A stretch of DNA of 64,000 nt, from positions 159,135 to 223,134 of the forward strand of contig CAVRBU010000005.1 in assembly GCA_963719315.1 (NCBI GenBank). The letters are read 5' to 3'. The notes below the pieces were generated by a model. That model was not told where the DNA came from. It made no database searches and was given only the letters and a program-made list of their open reading frames with translations. Made by a program: the position numbers and the translations under genes. The stretch comes from an uncultured Planctomycetota bacterium (lineage in GTDB: Bacteria; Planctomycetota; Planctomycetia; Pirellulales; Lacipirellulaceae). Position 1 is the first letter of the stretch. The number at the start of each line of letters is the position of its first letter. Shown here piece after piece: positions 32,251 through 40,934 of the stretch.

Positions 32251-35200
32251 TTACTTCACCGGCGTCGGCCGCCGCGCGTTCTGCAAATCACTCGGAGTGA
32301 TCTCTAGATTCTGAATGCCCTCGACTCTGGCAGCATTTGTCGCGCTGGAATATCGGATTCTGCGGGCTTCGAGCGGTGGCGAATTCACTCCGGCACTGTT
32401 GCGCCGCCAGAGCTTGGCCGGTGTCCGCGTGTCGCCTTCGAGCACGAACACTTGCTTCACCGTGTCATAGCTAGCCGAATCGGCTTGCACACTGAACTCG
32501 CCCTGTCCCGGAATATGCCCCGCGATCCGCACGTCGCCCGTGGCACGCATTTGCACCGGACCCACCGGGCGCTGGCCGCCGTCGGTCGGGTTCGCGGCCG
32601 CCCGGGCCGCGAGTGGGTCTTCGTTCAGACGCAGATCATCGCTCGTGAGTGTGAGGCAGTCTGGAGACAATGTTTCCGGCCGGGCCAGATCAAGTTCTTG
32701 CTCCCACGAATCCACCGGGCCATACACGGTGCGCACGCGTTCGTGGAACGTGAGCTCGCGGGTGTACATATTGCCGTCGAGTCCGCTGTGAAATTCAACG
32801 CGCAGGAAATTCAACTTGTTGCCCGCGCCGTTGGCCGGCGCGGAAGTCGCCGCCGGTTGACCTGGGAGCGCAGCGATTCCAGTCCCAAACCGCGTGGACC
32901 GAATAGTTCCTGGACCCTGGCCCGTAATCACGCCCGTCTGCTGATTGATCGATAGCCGCGCGAGTTCCACCAGCGAGTGCGACGTAACGCCCATCGTATC
33001 GCGCGTCACGTTTTCCATAGTTACCCGACCAATGCATTCGATCTCGCTCGGGTTCATATTGGCCTGATCCATCATCTGGCCAGGCCGGACTTTCGTCGCC
33101 AGCTTCGCCGCCAGGCGGTCGCAGTGGAGAGTGCTGTCCATGCCCGCGACGACCACGCCCTGATTGAACACGATCGTCTGGCCGTCGAAGCGGAATCCAT
33201 TCTGCCAGGTGATTTCCATAGGAACCGGCGTCGCGGTTTGCTGACCCGCCATGTTCCGCGAAACCTGCAGCGTGGCCCGGCCCGGCCCGTCGCTCCACAC
33301 GCGGCTGTCGCCGCCATCAGCCTCGACCGTATCGACCAGCATCGTCATGCCGCGGCCTGCCAGTTGGGCAAGCTGTGGTGACGATGTGCTATTGGTACCG
33401 CCTGCACCAGTGCCGTTCGTACCACTGGCAGAGCCCGTAGCGCCCGCCCCGTGCAATGTGACGTGCGGCGTTTTGGTATCCAGCCGTTCCACGATCAGTT
33501 GACCGCCGTGTATTTCAAGCGGCTGCTGATCAGTGGGCACGAGCGGCACTTCGCGCAAAACGATATGCCCGTCGCAAGTGAGTGCGGTCGGAGTAGCCGC
33601 TTGACCTTTCATGAGCACTTCGAGCCGCATTTGATCGGCGTCGATGTAATACGTTTGCGACGGCTGACCGGCGCCCGGCGAGGCATTCGCCGGTTTCGCG
33701 CCGCCCGGCACAACGGACGGCTTCTCGGCTTTTCCGTCATCGCCTGTGCCCGCGTCCGCCGGTGGTTGGATGCGAAAAGTCGTCGATAATTGCTGCGTGC
33801 GGCCTGTGAACTGCGGCGATGCGACTTCCACCCGACCCGTCGCCAGCAACCGATCGGGCGCTAGCCGGAATTTGCTCGGCCCTTTGCCGTTGCCACTCCC
33901 GATCGCGATGCCCTCGGTCCCCGTCCCTTCCAACTCGCGTAAGTACATGCGGATTTGATCGGCCGTCAACGCGCCCGCCTCGCCGAACGCGATTTTCGGC
34001 CGGCCATCCAGCGCCAACACCGGCTGGCCTTTCTCGCGACCCAACTGCACTGACGTTTGCCACTGGGCCTGCAGCATCTGTTGCGGCTTTGCCGGATCGT
34101 TCACATATCGCAAAGAGCCGGGCCCGGTCGCGCGAAAACGGCCGATTGCCGTCTCTTCCTCGCGCGTCGGGTGTTGGTAATCGATGATCGGCGCTTGCAA
34201 AACATTCGGGCCCTTCACCAACATCGCGTCATTGCCGCCGCTGATTCGCACGCGCTGATCTTTAAGCGCGATCTGAATGCGGTCGCCGCGGACCTGCACT
34301 TCTCGCGCGGGCGATGTGATCACGACCGGATGCCCTTCCGCCACGACCGCCACGGGCTCCAACTGGCCCAATTCGTGTTTTTGACGCATTTCAGCTTCGG
34401 CCAACGCGGGTCGCGCCGCGCCGTTCGCCGGCGGCTTGGGTGCGAAATGAATGTCCAACCGCGTACAGACAAGCTGATCGCTCGGACCATTCGGATTGAG
34501 CTGCCGTAGTTCCACGTCGCGATCCAAACTGGCCACGTAACGCACGAAATCGAACGTGAACGGCCCGGTGCAGGAGGCTTCCACCGGCGGCTTCGGCGAA
34601 GCCGGTGGCACGGCACTAGCATCCGCCACTTGGACCGACGGATTGACCGTGTAGGGCTTGCTCTTCTTGTCGCGCGGCGGTGTCGCATTCGCATCTTTGC
34701 CGCCCCGTAGCAGGCGACTTGTGTCGAATTCGAGCCGCATCCTCACCTCGCGGCGAATCTCCAGCGAATCGATCCCCGCGATCTTCAGCCCGGAGTCGCT
34801 GGACTTCAGGTGCTCGTCGGCCAGAAATCGAATTTCCAATTCGCGACCGCCGCCGACATTTTGCCCCATCCGAAACCGCACCGGCGCCGATGTGTACATC
34901 AGCTTGGTATTCATCTGCACGTCGGACGTTTCGATGAGCAGGTCATCTTCCGGCCCCTCCTCGCGCATGTCGCTGTGAATGCGGATCAAACCCGGAAATT
35001 CGCCGCGCACGATCTGGCCGATGTGCCCGACCTCCGGCCGGAAGTCGTCGAATTCCAAATGGGCGCCCTGCGGCGCTTCCAGAATGATTGCGTCCCGCGG
35101 CGGCGTGATGCCTTCCCGCGGCGGCGTCGGAAAGATCAAAAACGCGATCCGCTCGATATCGACCAGCGTATTCGGATTCCCCTCGCCCGCCGGATGACGC

Positions 35201-35481
35201 TTGAATTCATCAAAAACGAGCATCGCCTGCTCGGTCGAGTTGGCAATCACCTTCGGCGGCCGCGTTTGCGACCAATGGTTTTTTGGGAAATAGTTGGAAA
35301 GGAGAAGCTGATATTTCGAGGGAGCTTGATTGACTATTTCCAGCTCTTTGCGATCCGCTTTCCGCTGCTGTTTGATCGCCAGCGAGGGCTCCATCTGCGG
35401 CACCGCCCACAGCACGTACGCGTTGTATGCCGCGACAAGCACGGCGAACACGATCGCGCTGCGAAATAAGCGTCGAAGCAT
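32251..35481 (-). CDS. Large membrane-anchored periplasmic protein, putative OstA/LptA/LptC-like
   Basis: 1076 aa, N-terminal TM helix, repeated beta-rich segments of type A.G.V.I...ADSA.Y; directly downstream of kdsC. Confidence 0.7.
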   Translation of the reverse strand: MLRRLFRSAIVFAVLVAAYNAYVLWAVPQMEPSLAIKQQRKADRKELEIVNQAPSKYQLLLSNYFPKNHWSQTRPPKVIANSTEQAMLVFDEFKRHPAGEGNPNTLVDIERIAFLIFPTPPREGITPPRDAIILEAPQGAHLEFDDFRPEVGHIGQIVRGEFPGLIRIHSDMREEGPEDDLLIETSDVQMNTKLMYTSAPVRFRMGQNVGGGRELEIRFLADEHLKSSDSGLKIAGIDSLEIRREVRMRLEFDTSRLLRGGKDANATPPRDKKSKPYTVNPSVQVADASAVPPASPKPPVEASCTGPFTFDFVRYVASLDRDVELRQLNPNGPSDQLVCTRLDIHFAPKPPANGAARPALAEAEMRQKHELGQLEPVAVVAEGHPVVITSPAREVQVRGDRIQIALKDQRVRISGGNDAMLVKGPNVLQAPIIDYQHPTREEETAIGRFRATGPGSLRYVNDPAKPQQMLQAQWQTSVQLGREKGQPVLALDGRPKIAFGEAGALTADQIRMYLRELEGTGTEGIAIGSGNGKGPSKFRLAPDRLLATGRVEVASPQFTGRTQQLSTTFRIQPPADAGTGDDGKAEKPSVVPGGAKPANASPGAGQPSQTYYIDADQMRLEVLMKGQAATPTALTCDGHIVLREVPLVPTDQQPLEIHGGQLIVERLDTKTPHVTLHGAGATGSASGTNGTGAGGTNSTSSPQLAQLAGRGMTMLVDTVEADGGDSRVWSDGPGRATLQVSRNMAGQQTATPVPMEITWQNGFRFDGQTIVFNQGVVVAGMDSTLHCDRLAAKLATKVRPGQMMDQANMNPSEIECIGRVTMENVTRDTMGVTSHSLVELARLSINQQTGVITGQGPGTIRSTRFGTGIAALPGQPAATSAPANGAGNKLNFLRVEFHSGLDGNMYTRELTFHERVRTVYGPVDSWEQELDLARPETLSPDCLTLTSDDLRLNEDPLAARAAANPTDGGQRPVGPVQMRATGDVRIAGHIPGQGEFSVQADSASYDTVKQVFVLEGDTRTPAKLWRRNSAGVNSPPLEARRIRYSSATNAARVEGIQNLEITPSDLQNARRPTPVK

Positions 35482-35558
35482 ACCTGACTTCTACAAATGC
35501 GAGCCTTTAGCGTCGGTGGCCACGCCGAATCCAGCGCCCTCACGCGCGGCAATACATT

Positions 35559-36086
35559 TCAGTTCAAACCGCCATAGCGTTTCAGCACATCATCCCAACG
35601 TCCGGTGTTTTTCAAAATCAGCTCTATAACTTCTCGCACGGCACCCTGGCCGCCCTTAACACTTGTCGTGTATGTGGCCGCATGGCGCACGTCTTCGACC
35701 GCATCCGATACGGCGACGCCCATGCCGACGGCTCGAATCGTTTCCAGGTCCAACAGGTCGTCGCCGATGAAGCAAACTTGTTCGCGCGATACGCCTAGCT
35801 CAGCCGCCAGCTCATCGACCTCAGGCAGCTTGTCGTCGATACCCAGCCGCACGATATCCAGCCACAGATCGGCCGCCCGGCGGCGAATGGACTCCAACTT
35901 CCGACCCGTCACGATGCCGAATCGCTTGCCGGCTTCGCGCCACAGCCGCACTCCCATGCCGTCGCGAATGTGAAATTTTACGAGCTGCTGACCGTCGTCG
36001 AGAATGTGAATTCCGCCGTCAGTCATGACGCCATCCACGTCGCTAAGGATCAACTCAATCTTGGCGCAGATACTCGTCAACGACAT
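35559..36086 (-). CDS. kdsC: 3-deoxy-D-manno-octulosonate 8-phosphate phosphatase (HAD)
   Basis: SDVDGVMTDG, FHIRDGMG, IGDDLLD, GGQGAVREVIELIL motifs. Confidence 0.92.
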   Translation of the reverse strand: MSLTSICAKIELILSDVDGVMTDGGIHILDDGQQLVKFHIRDGMGVRLWREAGKRFGIVTGRKLESIRRRAADLWLDIVRLGIDDKLPEVDELAAELGVSREQVCFIGDDLLDLETIRAVGMGVAVSDAVEDVRHAATYTTSVKGGQGAVREVIELILKNTGRWDDVLKRYGGLN

Positions 36087-36147
36087 AAAAAACGCATCCC
36101 GCTTAGCGTCGGCGGCCACGCCGAATCCCGTGTCAAACCGCGCACAG

Positions 36148-37220
36148 CTACGCCACTTTCTTCGCCGACACCGCCGTCGCCGTCGCAGCCTCTGCCTCGG
36201 CCTTGAGGCCGACTACGTCGGTCACATCCACCAACCCCACCGGACGGCCCTTTTTGTCAACCACCGGCAACTCGCTGAATTTCCGCTGAGCCAAGAGCGC
36301 GACCGCATCGCCAACGCGCGTGCCGCTCGGAACCGTCGTCGGGTGGCCAACCATCACCGTACACATTGGCCGGTCGAGCGCCGATTCGTCGCGCTTCTCG
36401 AATAGCCGCGCCAAATCGCTGTCGGTGAACAGTCCCGTGAGCCGGCCCGCCTTATCGGTCAGCATGATGGCGCCGCTTCGCCGGCCCGGCTTCGTGCAAT
36501 TCACGATCACCTCGCGGACCGAGAGCGAATCGCTCGCGCACCGGCATTCGGAGAGCGGCCGCATGATGTCGTCCACCTTGCTTAGCTTGCGACCCAATGC
36601 TCCGCCCGGGTGAAACCGCGCGAAGTCGTCGGCCTGAAAATTCCGCATCTTGCTCATCACGAGCGCGAGCGCATCGCCTACTGCAAGCATGGCAGTCGTG
36701 CTCGTGCTAGGCGCGAGACCGAGCGAACAGACTTCCTCCAAATCGCCCAGCTCGATGACGACCTTCGCCGCCCGACCGACGCTGCTGGTGCGGGCTGCCG
36801 TGATTGCGACCAGCGGCACGCCGAACTCGCGGAGCGACGGCAAAAGCTGCGTCACCTCGGCCGTCTCGCCGCTTTGCGTGAGCATCACGACGACGTCGAG
36901 CGAGTGGACACGCCCCAAATCGCCGTGAAACGCCTCGGCCGGGTGCAGAAAATGGGCCGGCGTGCCTGTCGACGACAGCGTGGCCGCGATCTTCTGGCCG
37001 ATCAGGCCGGCCTTGCCCATGCCGGTGATGATCGCGCTGCCTTTGCACGTGTACAGCAGCTTGACCGCCTCGCAAAACGAGGAGTTCAATCGATATGAAA
37101 CCTTCCACACGCCGGCTGCCTCGCGGCGGACGATCTCGCGCGCGGCCCGAAGTTGTTCCTCTGCCGAAAGGGTGCCTAGTTTCTTCAGCGCGGGCGCCGC
37201 TTGGGAGCTTCCTTGCTCAT
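36148..37220 (-). CDS. kdsD: KpsF/GutQ arabinose-5-phosphate isomerase (SIS + CBS); 5' end uncertain or frameshifted
   Basis: GMGKAGLIGQKIAATLSSTGTP, EAFHGDLG, APSTSTT, HPGGALG, CBS pair; frame open upstream of 37110. Confidence 0.88.
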
Positions 37221-38041
37221 CAAAACCAATCTTCCTTCAACTACGAAATGAAATGCGTGTCCTTGAATCGTTACTACCGTCGTCACATAGATTTGCAACG
37301 AAAGTTAGACTTCTGCGCCAACCCCATAGCCGCGAGGCTACGCCTCGCCGGGCCGCGGATTCTAGCGATTTAAGAAGCTCGCGACAACGCGGTTCGCAGC
37401 ACTCGCGCAACCCGCTCGCGCTGCTATCTGCCTCGCGGTGCGCGCAAAAAAAGCTCCCAGAAAAGCACACGTCCCAGGGGGGCAAAGGACGTAGTTACCT
37501 TTCCGGGAGCGATTGGACGCAATAACGCTTGCGTGCGGGCGGACTTGCAACAGGTCGCTGTAGGGGGGAGGAAGCGACTGCCGCGCGTCGGGGAGTGTAT
37601 CGTAGCGGATGGCTGGCTTCCGTGCCAACGCCAACCGCTGCGGGGTTTAACCTCCCCTAGCCGGGGGGAAAACCCATCCACGTGGTTCGTTGGTCTCCGG
37701 AGCGACAATTCGGGTTGGCCTGAGAATGTTTCGCCAAGGCGCCGGTCGCATAAGTTTTTGGAATTACCACGGCGACTTGCCCCGCGGGCCCCACTTTCCA
37801 ATCCCTCGTCGTGGTGCGGAAAGATACGTGAGGGCGTCCAAACGGGTCAAGGGCGATTTTCTTCGCTGCACACTATGTGACAGCACGAACACCGCGCATC
37901 GACGCGAACAACTTGCTGCGACTCCCGTTACGCATTATGGATTCATAAAGGCCAATAGCATGCAACCTTTGCTAAATAAAGCTACCGCGATGTAAAAGGC
38001 AATTCCCGCCCAGTTAGTCCAACGTCTGCTCCGCCGTTGTA

Positions 38042-38710
38042 TTATAAGTCTCGAACCGCAGCCACAAACATTGTTCCCGCTAGCAAGCACTCTATGGCGT
38101 TGGCGCTCCATGCGTAAACTGTCGTGAGCCATTCTACGTTTGACAAAGTCGGGGTATCGATGAGCCACAGAAGGAGGAACATCCAGCCAAAGATCTTTTG
38201 CAACAATAGTTGCACATAGAAGAGCTTCCACCACAACGATTCTTTGGTTCGCGCAATCAATAAGCAAAATACAATCACCAGAGCGAAGTCGACAAATCCG
38301 CTGACCGCCAACTGACAATTCATGCTTACGTTTGAATCAAACGACCTGGCGATGGCTACAAAACCAACAGCGCTCAGTATCGTCGACAACGTTTCGACTG
38401 ATGTGATGATCGCCGCCCATTCACCTGGCTCGATCGAACGCAACCTATCTTTTATCCACCACCATCCAACACATAAGGAAACTGTGAAAAATCCTGCCAA
38501 AATCACATTTGGCACAACGTCAATTGCGGTGGGCTTTGCTAATTGAATATCGGTATTGGGCTCGTTCCACCAACCAATCCACATCTGAGCCCACGTGAGA
38601 ACTAGGGCAGTGACTGTCAGCCACAGAAGAAAGTGGTGAACTCGTAACGGCGTGTTCGGCTCAACCACTTGTGAATTCGACAAATCAAGTCGTTCAATAG
38701 GATTGGCCAT
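38042..38710 (-). CDS. Hypothetical polytopic membrane protein
   Basis: 222 aa, about 6 hydrophobic segments, N-terminal PLRVHHFLLW motif. Confidence 0.75.
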   Translation of the reverse strand: MANPIERLDLSNSQVVEPNTPLRVHHFLLWLTVTALVLTWAQMWIGWWNEPNTDIQLAKPTAIDVVPNVILAGFFTVSLCVGWWWIKDRLRSIEPGEWAAIITSVETLSTILSAVGFVAIARSFDSNVSMNCQLAVSGFVDFALVIVFCLLIARTKESLWWKLFYVQLLLQKIFGWMFLLLWLIDTPTLSNVEWLTTVYAWSANAIECLLAGTMFVAAVRDL

Positions 38711-38718
38711 TTTTGGCC

Positions 38719-39326
38719 TTATTCATTGGCCATCTGCGCGTCCACTTCACGCCAGAACTCAGCGACTTGAATTTCGATTTCCGGCAGGTTGGCAGATTGG
38801 TAGCGATCATTCGCGGGCGATTGCACCACGAACCGGCCGCCTTCGTTGATGAGAAATTCGATGTGCTGCGATTGCGGATCGATGATCCAATACTCGCTCA
38901 CATCATACTTGGCATATAAATCGAGCTTCTCAACACGATCGCGCCGACTTGTTCCAGAGACAATCTCGATCACTAAATCGGGTGGCCCCTCTACACGCTG
39001 CATAATGATGTGGCGACGTGACTTCGCGATGTACAGCAAATCCGGCTGCAGGATCGTGTCGTCCGAAAGTATCATATCACATCCATCGGTGATACCAAAG
39101 CTTTACTCCCTGTCTTCCGTGCGGCTGCGAGCATAAATTCGAACAATAATCCAATGATCGTTTGATGCAACACATTCGGACTGGGCGACACAACCAATCT
39201 CCCCTTGATGAGTTCAACCGGTTCCCCCTCCGGCAACTGCCAATAGTCGGCCGCCCGATACGGCCCCACGTCGGTGAACGGCGAAAAGGCCTCGAAAGAT
39301 TCAAAGTGGTAAGCAGTTGTGCTCAT
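38719..39326 (-). pseudogene. Uma2 family endonuclease, split by a 5-bp duplication
   Basis: ELIKG..VSPSP...HQ / QPDLLY...GPPDLVIEI.S...K...YA...V.EYWIIDP; TATCA duplicated at 39070-39079. Confidence 0.85.
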
Positions 39327-39342
39327 GGCGTCCATTATAGCA
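39327..39342 (-). promoter_or_regulatory. Extended -10 promoter immediately before ATG (leaderless)
   Basis: TGCTATAAT followed by 7 nt and ATG 39326. Confidence 0.6.
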
Positions 39343-39371
39343 AAGCTTCAACGTTACCCAAAAACATTCCG

Positions 39372-40149
39372 TCATGTCCAGCTAAGCCAATAAAACATTC
39401 CAAACACAATCGATATGAGTGTGGTGAGTACCGACAACACCAAACCCAACCAATGCGTCCAGTATCGGTCAGAACGCGATAACAAATCGGAGACGGCTGC
39501 CCATAACATCAAAAGCAACATTACCGCTCCCCGGCCGATATAGCACACAGCCATACTCGATTGAAACGACAAGCTCCATTGGTGCGCGATCCATTGATAA
39601 ACAATTCCACTCGTAATTACTATTGAAATCGCGTAAACCACGAACAGCAGTCGCCACGCAAATGAGTCGGCAACTTTCCAAGCGCACCAACAATAAAACA
39701 AAAAAGGTACGATGTAAGCCGCGGCAAAGGATGCGATGTTAAGCAGGATCCAACATATTTCGCCAATTCCTGATCGTCCGATTTCACTTACGCGCATTTT
39801 GTTCATTGTGCAACGTCGCCAACAAGATCGCCACACAGAATTGAATCGCCAAGAACACAAAACGAACGAGCAACCATTGCCCCGGCTGGACGAGACCTGC
39901 AAATCCTCCGCGCTGCCAATAAATTGAGAATATCGCGAGTGTGAGACCGATGGCCGACAGCCCATAACCGATGGCAGTGAGCACTGCGTTGAGCAGGGAC
40001 ACAATTTCCGCTGTATGCGTAAAACTGGCCCGCCACAAAGACAACTGCACGGCCGCCACCGCCGCGCAGGCCATCAAATGATGAATCCGCAGCGGCGGCG
40101 GAGCGGGGCGAATATGCGGCGCGCCAGAAGTTTGTTCTATGACCGCCAT
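39372..40149 (-). CDS. Hypothetical polytopic membrane protein (frameshift near 39800), similar to 38042-38710
   Basis: PLRIHHLMA motif, QPGQW vs EPGEW, C-terminal AAVSDL vs AAVRDL; two overlapping ORFs. Confidence 0.7.
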
Positions 40150-40174
40150 TGGGAAGGATCGACGAAGACCACGA

Positions 40175-40903
40175 TCAAGGTTTCGTCCGGCGTTTCGCCA
40201 AATCGTCCACGAACGCCGCGTGCTCTGGCGTGGCCAATCCTTCTTCGAGCGTCTGCATTATCGCTCCGTAGTCTTGAGCTAAAAGTGCCGGTCCGTTGAT
40301 CCACAATCCGGGAAATGAATAAATGTGATGGATGCCGTTTGCAGACGACAATTCGCTGCCGGCGGCAAGATCAAACCAGCGCAACGCATTTTCTTTTACA
40401 CACCACACGAAGTATTCGCGCACGCCGTAACGAGTGTATTGCCGCTTCTTGGCATTCAAATCAATGGCACGGCTAGAGAGCGCGATCTCAGCGACGAATT
40501 CCGGCGACCCTTCGATATAATCATCCTCGTTCGTTTTCGACTGCCCACCGCATTCCGGCAAAATGCGCAACAACAAGTCCGGTTGCACTTCGCTGTCATT
40601 GCCCAGAATCACGGTGGTGTTGTCGCAGACCTCGACGCCGGGTGTCTTGCTTTCGTAGGTCACGAACACGGCCGAAAGCAATGCATGAGGTTGGCCGTGC
40701 GAAATCCGGACTGGTGACGCCACGTAAACAACCCCCCCAATCAATTCGGCCTTAAAGTCTTCTGGCGTTCGCTCATAGATGCGGTGAAACTCCTCTCGAG
40801 TCATTTCATCGCCATTGTTGAGATCGATCGATCGCAGGCCGACGGGCAAATGGCCTATCAGCGGTTGGCCGGTCGTTGGGTCGTATGCGAATTCAGTCGA
40901 CAT
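40175..40903 (-). CDS. Uma2 family endonuclease
   Basis: KAELIGGVVYVASP, VQPDLLL, PEFVAEIA.SS...K...Y...GVREY motifs. Confidence 0.9.
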   Translation of the reverse strand: MSTEFAYDPTTGQPLIGHLPVGLRSIDLNNGDEMTREEFHRIYERTPEDFKAELIGGVVYVASPVRISHGQPHALLSAVFVTYESKTPGVEVCDNTTVILGNDSEVQPDLLLRILPECGGQSKTNEDDYIEGSPEFVAEIALSSRAIDLNAKKRQYTRYGVREYFVWCVKENALRWFDLAAGSELSSANGIHHIYSFPGLWINGPALLAQDYGAIMQTLEEGLATPEHAAFVDDLAKRRTKP

Positions 40904-40934
40904 CGAATTGGATCCACGGCGTTCAATCGCCATT

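Noticed and set aside
37260..37940. Long non-coding region upstream of kdsD as RNase P, tmRNA or riboswitch
   Set aside because: No recognisable signature such as GAGGAAAGTCC or tRNA-like ends on either strand; an Rfam search would be needed
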